Origin: Eledone cirrhosa
Taxonomy: Eukaryota
DNA: 64,000 bases
Assembly: GCA_964016885.1 (NCBI GenBank)
Contig: OZ024743.1
Coordinates: 374,852,001-374,916,000 of the forward strand
Reading direction: 5' to 3'
The translations under genes were made by a program, and so were the position numbers. Under the pieces are notes generated by a model. The model did no database searches. It saw only the letters and a list, made by a program, of their open reading frames with translations, and was not told where the DNA came from. This document shows, in pieces, positions 13,068 through 27,955 of the stretch (position 1 is its first letter; each line of letters begins with the position of its first letter).

Positions 13068-14169
13068 GTTAGGTACCTCTGTGTTGAGGTCTGAAAACTG
13101 TCCCCCCCCCCACACACACACACACCACCCCACGCCTTCCCCGGCACGTTATCATGCTTCATATTTTAAATAATTCCATAAAATATTTCGAGGATAGAGC
13201 AGCAAGAGAGAGCGAGACAGACCAATAAAAGAATATAGAAATCTTACATATGACTAAAAACAACTGAAGTTCAGTTGAATGTTGAAATACTCATATCGTG
13301 TCGCTGGCTGTGTTGCATTGTGTATGTAACTAGTAATAACTCAGATTAAATAACTGCAAATAGATACTGTATCGTTATAGAGTTTGCAGATAATTTCAAT
13401 TACTCGCTCCAACAAATTCATTATTATATATATATATATTTATATATTTACTTGTCACCTTACTTTTTTTTATCAGATTTCGTAACTTTAAATCCGATGT
13501 CTTGAGAATGGAAAGTTAATCTTTGATATTATATTTATCTATGTGTTTATCGTGTGTGTACGCTGCATATACACATAGCATGACTTTCCTCCGCTATAAG
13601 CATGGTTTTATGGTGCATTAATTTAGATTTCTGTGGAATATGTCAGTTTGATTTCTCCATAACATATATAGCAATATAACACATCCCTTCCGTTTTCATG
13701 AGTTTCATATTCATATTTTCCTCCTAATTTATGACGACAGTATTTCTATGTTCCTTGTACAAAGTTACTTATTTTTATTGTTTTTATGAGAGAGTAGGTT
13801 GCAACTTAAGACTTCGTATTTAATTGAACTCTAACAGTCACATAAACATGTTCACAGTTACTTTTAGTACATCTTAAAATACAATCACCGTATGATTCTG
13901 AAATTATAGAGATCAAAAACAAACGAAAATTACAAACAAAGAAACTATTTTTTTGTCCCTCATAAATCCTTAATAAGGCGACCAGTTGGCATAGACGTTA
14001 AAACTTCCGATTAAAGGCTTTGTGATATTCGTTCCTGTCCTTTGCCTTCAAAACCCTCCAAGGTAAATTTGCCATGCATCCTTTCAAGCTTGATAAAATA
14101 AAGTAACTGTCCTAATCTGGAATCGATTTATCCTTTATATACCCTTTTGATTCCACCTCTCTCACTCTT

Positions 14170-14300
14170 TTTCTCTCCTGCACGAAGAAATCGACTGTAT
14201 TCAGACATAGAGAGGGGATGGGCTCCACCAGGTTTAAAATGCCCATCACGCATTGTATATCACTACGGCGCTCTTACGACTCCATCAAGTGTTTTGGGTA
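14170..14300 (+). repeat. Unclassified dispersed repeat family (also ~12850-12930 minus, 24785-24910, 35590-35720)
   Basis: Shared gaagaaat...gagaggggatgggctccaccagg/tttaaaatgccc...atcactacgg motif string. Confidence 0.6.
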
Positions 14301-14891
14301 CATACATTCATACACAACATTAATTATAAAGTAATGCTTGCTTTTATCTCTACAGAAAGAAGATATATTTTATTTTTCTTCAATAGCATCGGGTATAACC
14401 TTTAGTTCTTCCTTTCTAGTATTTCCGTCAAACTAGATTTCGTTGACGCTAATTTCCTGCAAGCTGGAAACCATTTTAAATATGTGTTCTCACACGATCG
14501 ATGTAGGCTGTAGAATAAATTTATTGGTGTCAGTTGCAGTTTGATGCAGATAACGTCATATGTAAAGGAAAGTGAATTGCAATATTATGTTAAAGGGAAA
14601 GCTCTTTGACTGGAAAATAAGAAGAAACTTCATCCTTGGATCAATGAAAATTGTTGTTTATCTCCCGGCTCTCATCTTTTACATCGTTTAGATTTCTTAT
14701 ACAGAAAGCCCAATGGTAAAATTATAGAATTACGCTTTATTTTCTATCTAAAATTGGAAACGACAAATGTTGTAGAGTTTCAAATACATCAAACATAATG
14801 TAAAAGTGAAGCCTGAATGGAAACGGTCAGTAATAATATATTCATACTTCATACACCAATACACAGACGAACACACTTAAGTTACATTGCT

Positions 14892-14950
<59 letters not shown>

Positions 14951-15040
14951 TTATATATATATATATACATACATATACATACATATATATGTATGTTTGT
15001 ATATATATACATATACATACATATATAAATATATATATAT

Positions 15041-15421
15041 AAAAGTTCTATTTAAATTGTTGTGATACAACAAGCAAATATTTTTATAACTGATATAAAG
15101 CACTCAACAAATATTTGGAGTAAAAATACGATATTAACAAATGGAAACTATATTTATAAAACCATATTTATTTCATTATACATATTTCAAGGACACCAAG
15201 TTAAATTATGGTGTGCTTTCATCAGATAAAATATAATATAGATCAGTTTTATAAATAAATATTGACATACCCTTAAAGAATGCAGCCATTTCTGTTGGAA
15301 GCTCCCGGATAGTGGAGTTGTATCTTTAATTATATTATTAGTATTGGATATTTTTATTTTTAAAATAAGCCGTTGGGTTACGGAGAAAGAGAAAGATAGA
15401 GAAGGAGAGAGAAAGAAAGAG

Positions 15422-15502
<81 letters not shown>

Positions 15503-15560
15503 CCAGAAACAACAGAGAGAAAAAATAGAGAGAGGAGACAATTGAGATGAAATGAATAAA
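15041..15560 (-). mobile_element. PLE pseudo-LTR/3' UTR fragment ending in (TA)n
   Basis: Homologous to 52200-52812 (same tail, hammerhead and internal (GA)n). Confidence 0.7.
15171..15231 (-). ncRNA. Minimal type I hammerhead ribozyme
   Basis: Reverse complement: tttat CTGATGA aag-cacacca..tggtgt-cctt GAAA tatgta TA atgaaa; AUA cleavage triplet. Confidence 0.75.
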
Positions 15561-16453
15561 TAAAATTAGAAATGTTAATAATCATGAATGATATAATGAT
15601 ATAATCATGAATTATACATATATAATATGAGAAATTTAACCATTGTTTAAATATGTTTAGTTAATCATTTAAATATTGAGATCAATATATTAAATATTGG
15701 GATCTATATATTAAGAAATCCATATATTATTAAAGATCTATATATTATATAACACGTATACACACGCAAAAATACATACATATAAATATATATACACACT
15801 TATACAATACATATACATATCTAATCACTTATATAATATATACACACAAAACATAAAGGATTCTTTAATTTAATTTAAGATATAGGAATCTTATAGAATG
15901 TTATAATTGTTAAGATATTAAAGGAAATGTTATGTTATACACACTTTATGTTATTAAACAACATTTTTTTATATAAGTTTTATAAGATTACCTGTTATGT
16001 ATTTATGGCTGTTATTATATGTCTATCTGTCACGAATCTTGGGATAATCACTATACATAAGTGCAATCGAATTGTATGGATATACACGCACATGTACATA
16101 CACAATTCCCACATATACATACATATATGTGTATCCCCAACAAATAGGTAAATACGCATATACATACATATAGACATACACGCATAAAACATATGTACAT
16201 GTATGTCAATACACACATAAACATATATACACACATATAGAGAGAAGTATATATAAATACAGTACATAGTATAATTGAGTACATAAAATACAAAAGAATT
16301 ATATTAGAATTTGAAAATATAATTATAAGCAATATAACTTTAAAAACAATATAATTTTAAAATATTATAGAATATTTTAAGTTATAATTTCAAAATAATA
16401 GTATGTTTAATATATTTAGTATAGAAATTTTCTACGTATATTTAACTTAAACT

Positions 16454-17899
<1,446 letters not shown>

Positions 17900-18229
17900 T
17901 GTGTGTGTGTATGTGTGTGTGCGTATGTGTGTGTGTGTGTGTGTGTGTGTGTATTATGTCAAGTCGCTCTTCAGGTGAGGTGGGTAAATGTGGACACCCT
18001 GCTGTGTCAAATAGTAAAACAGACAATATTAGGTGAAGAAGTTATTACAGCTCAAAATACGAGATTTATTACGGTAAACTACTCAGAAGGCTACATACAA
18101 CATTACTTGTTTACGTACACTCATTGTGCAAATATTATATTGAAAATAAGATCAAAGACTGTTATATATATATATATATATAAACAGAGGCAGTGGAACT
18201 GGGGGGTGGGGTGGTGCGCTATGTAGCAG

Positions 18230-18660
18230 TTGATGGTAAGTACTGCGCTCCACATAATGCTGTAACTAAGGATTACCGTACAACTAATCGGAGTATCATT
18301 AATTACATCAACGATGCTGGGTTTAAAATCACCTCTGATCTCAACATCCTGGACCGGACTGAAGCTCTGGACCCTATTTCTCCTCACTTTACCCTGAAGG
18401 ATCACAAATCCAATTTCCCCAACAACCCCTCTATTCGGCTTATTAACCCTACGAAGTCCGATTTAGGTAGACTTAGTAAAAGGATTTTAGACAGAATTAT
18501 ACCTGAAATTAGAAGCTTGGCCCCTCTTGCACTGATGAACACTTCTTTCGCGGTGATTTGTTGGTTCAACGGCATATGCAACAAGGAATCTTGCCGTTTT
18601 ATCCAATTCGACATCAATAATTAGTACTCCTCCATCATTTTATCACTTCTTCTTAGACAA
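18230..18660 (+). pseudogene. Penelope-like (Naiad-type) RT fragment
   Basis: FTLKDHKSNFPNNPSIRLINPTKSDLGRLSKRILD...VICWF...FIQFDI then a stop followed by YSSI (motif A). Confidence 0.8.
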
Positions 18661-19084
18661 ATCAGACCCTAGCAGTTGCTGGTCTTCTTTTGGAAGAGTC
18701 ATGTTTTTCATACGGGCAACTATACGTTGGCTGCTCAAGAGTGGAGCGAAAGACAAATCTCTTTGCATATGCCTGACACAGAAGAACAAGGAACATTGTG
18801 TACAAAGAGATGTTACAATCATTGTTTAGGTAGACGAGGCAGAAGGGGATATACACGATTGGCTGAAGAAGAACGAGACTGTATTAGTAGTACGACCAAC
18901 GGCTGCTATCACACCAACAGCAACAAAAAAAAAACAACAAAAAAGAGAAGGAACGCAATTACATGTTTTTGAAAAATCTTAATGGAAAATTATTTACCTA
19001 TGTAGACACCATCCCCAGGCCGAGGTATTCCGTACTTCTATGTACTGTTTCATAAAGGAGGGATAAACATGCCAATCTATGTTT

Positions 19085-19118
19085 AGAAGCCCGAGCAACG
19101 CCGGGCCATTCTGCTAGT
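19085..19118 (+). mobile_element. Helitron-like 3' terminus
   Basis: GC hairpin gcccgagcaacgccgggc followed 7 nt later by CTAG-T. Confidence 0.6.
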
Positions 19119-19278
19119 ATATATATAGAGAGAGGATGAATAAATTAGGTATAATATCAGTTTGTCTTTACATGCGAAGAAGCTCGATATATCAACCCCT
19201 TAGGAAAGGGTACAGAACATTATTTTTTTTTATATTACACTAGTAGAAAAACAACCGTTCGGGTGGTTTTCTGCTAGC

Positions 19279-19620
19279 ATGTGTAGTGTGTATATTGATA
19301 TTATACGCAGGTATATATACATGTAGATATGATACATGTGTAGTGTGTATATTGATATTATACGCAGGTATATATACATGTAGATATGATACATGTGTAG
19401 TGTGTATATTGATATTATACGCAGGTATATATACATGTAGATATGATACATGTGTAGTGTGTATATTGATATTATACGCAGGTATATATACATGTAGATA
19501 TGATACATGTGTAGTGTGTATATTGATATTATACGCAGGTATATATACATGTAGATATAATACATGTGTAGTGTGTATATTGATATTATACGCAGGTATA
19601 CATACATGTAGATATGATAC
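19279..19620. repeat. 57-bp minisatellite, 6 near-identical copies
   Basis: Unit atgtgtagtgtgtatattgatattatacgcaggtatatatacatgtagatatgatac. Confidence 0.95.
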
Positions 19621-19699
19621 ATAAATAAAATCGTAATTGATACATTTAGAAAAAGACGATATTATATCTAAATTGAATTAGGAGTAAATATATTTTATT

Positions 19700-20071
19700 C
19701 TTTTTGTTTTTTCACTTATAAAAAGGAAGTTTATTTGTACGTTGACCGCTAATAACACTAAATTAAATTGGTAATAATGATACGCGATGGGGCCCACCCA
19801 CAGCCCTAGCGGACAGAATGGAGAAGGCGTTTCCTCGGAGGACGGCAAGGGAGTCGTGCTGGAAAAGCAACTCTAACTCGCGAGGCTCACACCTGCGGCT
19901 GGCCAGCTCAGCGCCTATGGTGGTGAGTAAGGAGGTAGCCCTGGAGCCGAGGACACCAGAAGTCTCCACTGCCAGGAGTACGACCGCAAACCTGTCAGAG
20001 AGCGACCGGTATTTGAGGAGTTTGGCCTCCTCAGCCCGACGTGCAGCCTCCGTCTTGGACGTGCGGTCCAT
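19700..20071 (-). mobile_element. CRE-clade non-LTR element, 3' end (RLE C-terminus plus UTR)
   Basis: AARRAEEAKLLKY...AVETSGVLG...LAVLRGNAFSIL is the typical terminal RLE segment. Confidence 0.75.
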
Positions 20072-21135
20072 TCTCCACCAGGTTCAGGTGACCCCCAAAG
20101 AGGATGTCCTCATCCTCGGGTCACCGATCCACCCGCCGGCCATCCACTCCTCCATCAGGTCCAGGCTTCAACAACTCCAGACTCTCACGAGCCGACTGGG
20201 CTTGATTGACGGGCACCCAACTCTCTTTTTGCTGAGGAACTGCTTCACTATGCCGAAGCTCCGCTATACCCTTGGCAGCACTCCGTGCTACACCCAGACA
20301 TATCTCCTCGCTGAACTCGATACTTGTATCCGAGCAGCAGCCGAGGGGATATGCAACGTCAAGTTTGATGACATAGGGTGGCAACAAGCCACTTTACCTG
20401 TCAGGTATGGCGGCCTTGGCCTCCGGTCCCCGATCTCACTAGCTTTGCCGGCGTATCTTTCGTCGGTAACCTCGTGCCGCGTCCTCGTCAGCAGGGTTCT
20501 TCAAAACACAACAGAACCCTCTGTGTTCAGAGAACATGAGGCCGCTTGTGAGACGTGGGACCGACTGGGACTTAGCCCAGTAGACGTCCCTCCTCCTTCT
20601 CCCCCTGTTGACGTCAAGCCCCCCCCCCCCAAGCACTTGGAATGCCATCCAGTGCAGCCTGTCCTCAGACAGGTTCACGCGCCAGCTCGACCAGCACCGC
20701 CTTGCTTGTTTTCGTGCGGCCTCCAAACCCCACAGTGGTGCCTGACTCCATGCCCTGCCCTCTTTCTTCACTGGCACGCAGCTAGACAACCATAGCCTGC
20801 GCATCGGCGTTTCCCTGAGGCTCAGCCTCCGGATCTGCCAGCCACACCAAAGTGGCTGCGGTTCCACCGTGGACTCTTTCGGTCTCCACCCGCTTTCCTG
20901 TCGCCACAGTGCCGGCCGCATTCCACGCCATGCTGCCCTTAAAAAGTTCATTAAGTATGGCTTGGACGCTGCAGGCTTCCCTTCCCAGCTCGAACCGGTG
21001 GGGTTGGATCGAGGAGACGGCAAAAGGCCAGATGGCATGACCATCTTCTCGTTCCACGGTGGAAAACCCCTCGTTTGGGATGCCACTTGTACCGACACTT
21101 TCTGCAGCCGCAACCTGTTTCTGCTGCACGTCGGG
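20072..21135 (+). pseudogene. CRE-clade non-LTR element, inverted internal segment (RT thumb, Zn knuckle, RLE)
   Basis: LLRNCFTMPKL, WQQATLPVRYGGLGLR, GLHPLSC..RHAAL, EPVGLDRGDGKRPDG, LVWDATC; frameshifted. Confidence 0.8.
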
Positions 21136-21388
21136 TTAGGAGTAAATTAGTGACGGAAATATATGAATGTTTATTTAAGCGAACGCTACCCGGAAGTGTT
21201 GACATTTGAAAACTTTAAAAAAGTGAATCTTTAAATAAGTAATAAAATATATCTAATCAAGAGTCACGAAATTTAGTAGATAAATTATGTAATACTCATT
21301 CATTATTTATTCAAAGTAATTCAACTTATTTTTACTAATTGGATTAAAAGAAATAAACCGTACGCAGTCCCGCACTCCTTACGTTATT

Positions 21389-21423
<35 letters not shown>

Positions 21424-21427
<4 letters not shown>

Positions 21428-21843
21428 ATTTAAATGGATACAGTTCAGTCAAAAGGAATTTATTGACACGTGTTTCAATAACAGTTACATAACCTGAAAA
21501 CAGCTGCTATCTACAAAGTATTAATTATGCAGACACTCAATATTTCAATGTTATTATCAACTATCATTTCATCAGAATTCTGATGAAATGATAGTTGATA
21601 ATAACATTGAAATATTGAGTGTCTGCATAATTAATACTTTGTAGATAGCAGCTGTTTTCAGGTTATGTAACTGTTATTGAAACACGTGTCAATAAATTCC
21701 TTTTAACTGAACTGTATCCATTTAAATCCTTCTATTTTCTCCGGATTACTTTTGAAACTACAACTGGAACCGTCGAGCAAACTCTACGTGAGCTGTTCAT
21801 CTACTGTGTGTAATATTCATATTACAACACTACGGAAAATACT
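21424..21843 (+). mobile_element. Fold-back PLE pLTR fragment (154-bp arms, no spacer) plus tail, in (TA)n
   Basis: Palindrome 21424-21731 centred on GAATTC (21575-21580), one mismatch seen; tail runs to (TA)n at 21844. Confidence 0.85.
21577..21693 (+). ncRNA. Type I hammerhead ribozyme (mirror copy on the minus strand in the left arm)
   Basis: att CTGATGA aatgatagtt [long loop] aactgttatt GAAA cacgtg TC aat; GUC triplet. Confidence 0.7.
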
Positions 21844-21860
21844 ATATATATATATATATA

Positions 21861-22109
21861 CAAGAGTGATGGAATTGGGAGGGGGGGGCAGCGGGGTTAT
21901 AACCCGCACCAATAATTATATTTTTCTCCCCAAACTACCAAAACACACATCTATTAGGATATGCGCTACAATTTATGTACATGTTATGTTTATCGCATAA
22001 CGAAGTTTTCTGGCCATTTTAGAGTGCAAAGAGCTAAACTTATCACTACAACTAAATTTACCAATTTTTGCCCCGCTTCCCCAAATTCAGAAGTGGTTCC
22101 ACCGCCCCT
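21861..22109. mobile_element. Decayed MITE with CAGGGGCGGTGGAAC-like TIRs
   Basis: Left caagagtgatggaatt, right gttccaccgcccctg; a related left end at ~18185 (cagaggcagtggaact). Confidence 0.45.
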
Positions 22110-22557
22110 GGTGTATGTGTGTGTGAGCGTGTGGGTGTGCACGTGTGTGCGTGCATGTGTATGTACGTGTTTGCGCAAATAAGTATGTATTAACTTAACG
22201 ACTAACATATATATGTTGTTTTGAGTGAATATAAGCTTAAAGTCCGAAGGAAGAAGTTGGAATGAGAGGAAAGCTGCAATTTGATGCGAATGCTTGCAAC
22301 CGAATGAAACCTGTTAAAAGCGCACAAAATTGTTGGCGAAAATATTGATTTCTAATATAGGCGCAAGACCAGCAAATTGGAGAGAAGAGGATAAGGTGAT
22401 GAAATCAATGTGAGTTTTTGACTGGTATTTTAATTTATTAACCCTAGAAGGATGAAAGGTATGGTTGATCTCGGTGAGATTTAAATACAGTATGTAAAGA
22501 ACCAGAGCATACAACACAATTACTACTTTTTATCCGACAATCAACTCTTACACAGAG

Positions 22558-22855
22558 ATATTCTATTATTCTATTATTCTATTGTGTGTTCCAGTCGAGG
22601 GGGGCGAGGCCATGCTGGGATACCGCGACCGATGCTACACTTTCTATATCCTTTGAGTTTGTTGCTGCTACTCTTATTTGTGCTTCGCCTCGTGCTGTGA
22701 GTTCATCCGGGAGCCTGGTCAGTAGAATGTCGAGAATGTTTCTTGAGAACATCTACATGCACACGATGTAGATCTCTCAGATTTTTTGGCGGGTTATTAA
22801 AAAGCTGGGTTTCCTTTGAACCTCAGTCTATTGCAGTATGTGGTCCTTTGGCACT
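22558..22855 (-). pseudogene. CR1-like LINE 3' fragment with short-repeat tail
   Basis: Reverse-complement pieces RTTYCNRLRFKG, QLFN, KNLRDLHRVHVDV, LDILLTRLPDE, RVAATNS; tail of aatagaat repeats. Confidence 0.6.
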
Positions 22856-23710
22856 AAAAATATATTGATTTCTAGTTTAGGCAAAAGGCAAACAAATTTG
22901 TGGGAATGAGATGAGAACGAGGTGAAAATGAGGTGATCAAATCAAAGGGAGTACTTAACTGCTAGCTTATTTTATTGACCCCAGGAAGATGAAAAACAAA
23001 GTTGACCTCGGTGAGACTTGAACTCAGAATGTAAAGAGCTAGAACAAATACCGCAATGACAATTCTACGAATCCAACAATCTTTGTAATTTAAATATTAA
23101 CCATGTAGGATAAGAAATGTGCCTTTGGTGAGGATGTGGAATGGTATTGCATTAATATTCGCTGATATTGCCAGATGCAATTCAGCCTTAACAAAATAAT
23201 CGACCCGTTTTAAATTTCCGGTTCAAGCAATTTCATTCCACGTTTGGCTGTTAATATTGACGGGGGTGTAATAAACATTGTCCCTTCACTCTTCCCTTTC
23301 CCCCTCCCTCTCACACATATATACACATATATGCACACGCACGCATATATGCGGATACACACATATGCACATGCACATACAAACATATGCACACAAACAT
23401 ACACATAACATATAATATATATATATATATATATATCAGTATGTGGTTGACGGCTGAGAGAAAGGAGTACTCAATACCGAAGTAGAGTTTTAATTAGGTT
23501 GTTTTATTAAGGAGTTTTATTAAGGTTGAATAGTGAATTTTTACTCTGGATAAACATATAAACAGGCGAAATTCCAGAGTAACAAGACTCACTATTCTGC
23601 TTTAATAACATCAATACATATATGTATGTATATATATATATTAATATATATATATAAGTTTGTATATAGCTAAATATATATATATGTCATTTTATTCAAT
23701 AATATATATA

Positions 23711-23790
<80 letters not shown>

Positions 23791-24934
23791 GAAAACCAAT
23801 ATTTTCCAAACAAAAAGCAATTACTATTGAACTTCTCCGTCCAACATAAATAAAATTATCCAACTGAAAACCTTTAGCTATGTATATCGCTACATGTCGT
23901 ATTTTTAGAATTTAATTACGCAGACTCCAATCCTTCTATCAGCAGAAAAATCTCATTGAAATACACATGAGTAACTAATCAATATTAAAATGTTTATTTT
24001 TTTGGTTTATACAACATTTTTTTTATCAATCTATTATATACACATTGCTACGTCCCTGATTCAGTGTGAATGTTGTGTGTTTTGTTTTTAAATTTCATGT
24101 ATCTGTCTGTGGGGTGGGGGGGTTGTTAAATGTTACCTTTTCATGTTTAAACTGGTTACATTTAAATATGTATTTTGTGCATTATAAATATATATCTTTA
24201 CAGAAACAGTGCAAGATTTAAACAAAATTGCGAGAAATATGTATGTAAACATATTTTTGTTTAAGTAAACGTAATTTTGGCTTATTTACGCATTTAAGAA
24301 AAATGATTACTTGACTCTTATTGGAATCACTTTCAGAAGTTGTGTACATCTCTAAGAAGCCAATGAGTAATTTAAATGGGTTTATAAACGCTCTAAATAT
24401 GTCAGACGTTTGGATGTAAGTCATAGTAAGTTCAGGTATTTCTAAATCTATTGACACAAGAGGTCATTCTGAAATGAAGGGACACATTGAAAACATTGAA
24501 TATACACAAAATGACACAGGAATATGTATATATATATATATATATATATTGTATCTGTATTGTTTTTGACCGTCGGTCAGTCAATGGCAACATTGAGGAC
24601 CGAGTAAGTTAGATTGCAGATATAAAAGACACAGAAGCGAGAAGCGAAAACCAACCAAACAGTGAGTGTGTTCTATTATTAATTCTGGCAATATTACACA
24701 AATATGACCCTCCCCAAGTATAACAATATATATATATATATATATATATACATACATTTCTCATTTCCTCTCTCTCACTTTCTATCTTTCTCTGGAAGAA
24801 ATCTGTTGTATGAAGGCCAGGAGAGGGAAGGGTTCCGCCAGGCTTAAAATGCCCAAGAAACGCCGTATGTCAATACAGTTCCCCTACGACTCTATCAGGA
24901 GTTACGGGACAAGAGAAGAGAAAGAAGATATACA

Positions 24935-25103
24935 CCGTATTTCCCGGCGTTGAAGACGCTACCTTTTTTCTTAAAATAAGTCTCAAAAATCTACCATGCG
25001 TCCTGGAGGCCGAAGGTTATTTATTATTTTTATTCAAATTTTTGGTTGTCAAAATTAGGGTGCGTCCCCGAGGAAGAAGCGTCTTCGGCGCCGGGAAATA
25101 CGG
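24935..25103. mobile_element. Tc1/mariner (pogo/Tc2-like) MITE
   Basis: TIRs ccgtatttcccggcg..gaagacgct / agcgtcttcggcgccgggaaatacgg; flanked by CA (left) and TA (right). Confidence 0.75.
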
Positions 25104-25624
25104 TATATACACATATATATTTATACTTGTGTGTGTCTATTTGCATGTATGTATATATATATGTGTGTGAGTGTGTGTAGATATATATGTATGCGTATAC
25201 TATGACACCATTGCCGGCACTTTTACTACTACTACTATTTGATTTTACTTTGCTTCAGTTCACTCAACTGGCAAAAAAGAGTTGCTGTACGTCAAATTCA
25301 AGGGGCCAGCCTTGTCACACATTGTGCAATATTTTCAGCCGTTTATACGTTAATTTCCCCCCAATAGGAAGTTTCTTTGATGGAATCAATAGCAGCACTT
25401 GTCGGAAATGATGGACATCCAACAACTGCTGTTCCGGCTATTGCTACCATAGCTGTTTCATCAAACCCCTACCAAAAGTTTAAATAGCCAATAAAAATGA
25501 TAGACGTAGAATATTCTAAATAATTCATTTACGATCTCTCTACTACACGGTTGTACTTCAACATTCCTATCCACAACACTACTAACAACCTTCTCAATTA
25601 CAAAAACTTACGAAAGGTTTAAAA

Positions 25625-25902
25625 CAGTCATGGGCAACATGCGGCCCGCGAATCTTTCTCAATGGCTCGCCTAAGTCACGTAAGAGATTTTTTTATCCCA
25701 ACTTTTCAGTCGTAATTTATCTTTCTATCATTTTTACGATCGAGGAAAATAACGTGTACGAATTCTGAAGAAACAAATCAAAACAACCTGAGTTACCGCC
25801 CTTTTTTAATGTGGGCGCGAATGTAAATTAGCGCTTGCGGCGCGCCTGATTATGAGCCATATCTCATGCGGCCCGCTTCTCGAAAAAGGATGCCCATGCC
25901 TG
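25625..25902. mobile_element. hAT (Charlie-like) MITE
   Basis: TIRs cagtcatgggca / tgcccatgcctg, subterminal tgcggcccgc motifs, 8-bp TSD gtttaaaa/gtttataa. Confidence 0.85.
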
Positions 25903-26145
25903 GTTTATAAACAGTCAATTTATGTAACAGAAAACAATGATTTCAATATATTTTCTTCTTTACCTTGAATATCTTTTGTAACATGTGAAACCGGTAAAGT
26001 TTCTCTCTCTTTTTGCAATACGGTTTCTAAATTTTCTTCGCGTGTTTTGAATATATATATACACACACACACACGCACATACACACACACACACACTCAC
26101 ACGCACACACACGCACACACGCACGCACACACGCACACACACACA

Positions 26146-26249
<104 letters not shown>

Positions 26250-26261
26250 TATATATATATA

Positions 26262-26450
26262 ATGTTTAATATAGAAATGGCTTCTACAAGTCTAGAACTG
26301 TTTCATTCAAAATATGATTTATTTTGAATGAAACAGTCCTAGTCCTGGAGAAGCCATTACTATATTAAACATGATGTTTACAGTCTACTAATGAATCGAG
26401 TACTTAACTAACTGTGGTTACCCGCGATTTCTCTTCTCTTCTTTTCTGAA
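26262..26450 (+). mobile_element. Small fold-back (53-bp arms) beside (TA)n, probable PLE pLTR end
   Basis: 26262-26314 inverted at 26320-26372; carries a hammerhead 3'-half-like GAAAcagTC. Confidence 0.6.
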
Positions 26451-27229
26451 TAACATAAAGTTGCTATGAAAATTGAAAGCAGTTCACTATTTACAATAGA
26501 ATAAAATATGAGCGTGCGACAGATTATTTGAAAGTACTTTAATGAATCTAGCTCGATGGGACAATAACTTTCGTGCTATATAGTGTTATATAAAGCTTCT
26601 TCTGATTAACGATATCTACTTGCTACTTCTTTTAAACAATAGTATTTTCAGTTGGTTTCAACATATAAAAGAAAGTAGTAGTGATAATCGCAGAAGTTTC
26701 TTATTACATCTCTATATTCTGGAGAGGAGAATCAGTTGGCAGCTGAACATTGAATGACAGATACTTGAAACTTGACACTAGATCTAATACTATAAAGGAT
26801 ATATTGAGTAAAATGTTATTAACATGCATAGGTAAAGGCAATCTGCATTGATTATTTGAATATAATGACATAAAGAAAAACATTCTATTCATGTATTTGT
26901 ATCAATACCTCTTAACTCCCAAATCTATAATTATCTTCTTCTGTACAGCCTGAAAAGTGACACTTATAAAGCGTTAAACGTTGTCGGAGTCGGGAGTTTT
27001 TAAGTTAATATGGTATTGTATTTCGGACGTTAACTTAAAAAGAACAATCGCCTTTTGTTCAACTTCTATTTATATATTTATATTTATTTACTACTCAAAT
27101 GATCATTCCTTCAGTTTCATCATCATCATCATCATCATCATCATTATCATCATCATCATCATCATCATCATCAACACCATCATCATTAGTATTATTATTA
27201 CTATTGTTATTATCATTATTATTATTTTG

Positions 27230-27955
27230 TCACGCAGTGTAAATGGAAAATGCATCGGAGTGTTAGTCATCAGTGACGTCATAACAAGGACCTCAGATAG
27301 ATAATAATTTCTTTGAAATGTGCGCAGTGCCTAGCAAAACTGATTTTTGTATGATACCAGTCTTGCAGGGTATTTCCAACCGTTTTAAGAAGTCTTGAAG
27401 TTTCAATAGGATTGACGCTAACGCTCCGATCACAACTGGTATTACTTTCAATTCGGACTGTTTATATTTTTTCAGTCTCTTTTCTCGCAATTATCGTGTC
27501 ATTTAGTATGGCTACGTCAATGATCCGATAATATTTGTCTTGCGTTTACAATACGACAATGTCTGGTCGGCAATGCTCAATTATTCTATCTGTCTGAAAA
27601 CCATAATCCCAGAATATCGATGCTTTCCTATCCTCCTGCATTACTTTACATCGCACATGCTCATACAAATTCTCTATTACTACCTATTAGTATTTACAAC
27701 ATAAAAGCTAATAAAGATACGAACAGACTTCATCATGCTGGCGCTTGTATTCTTTTTGCACAAGACTCTCACATCCACTGACCAAGTGAGTTATACTTTC
27801 CACATTCTTTTCACAGATTCTGCATTTCTGGATATCAGAATTTTTGTAAATGTTATACCTCACTGCATTGGTAGCAAGGGCTTGATATTGTGCTGCAATT
27901 ATAAGGCTTTCAGCGGTACAATTCAAATCACCTTGTTGAAGCCACGTCCATGATG
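27230..27955 (-). pseudogene. Decayed R4/Dong LINE 3' fragment
   Basis: AESLIIAAQYQAL, CRICEKNVESITHLVSGC, RPDIV, VIPVVIGAL, IQKSVLLGTA; followed by TAA/TGA trinucleotide tracts at 27118-27228. Confidence 0.85.

Noticed and set aside
19279-19620. Regular array resembling CRISPR
   Set aside because: Head-to-tail identical units without unique spacers, eukaryotic context, no cas genes. The same applies to 5338-5521.
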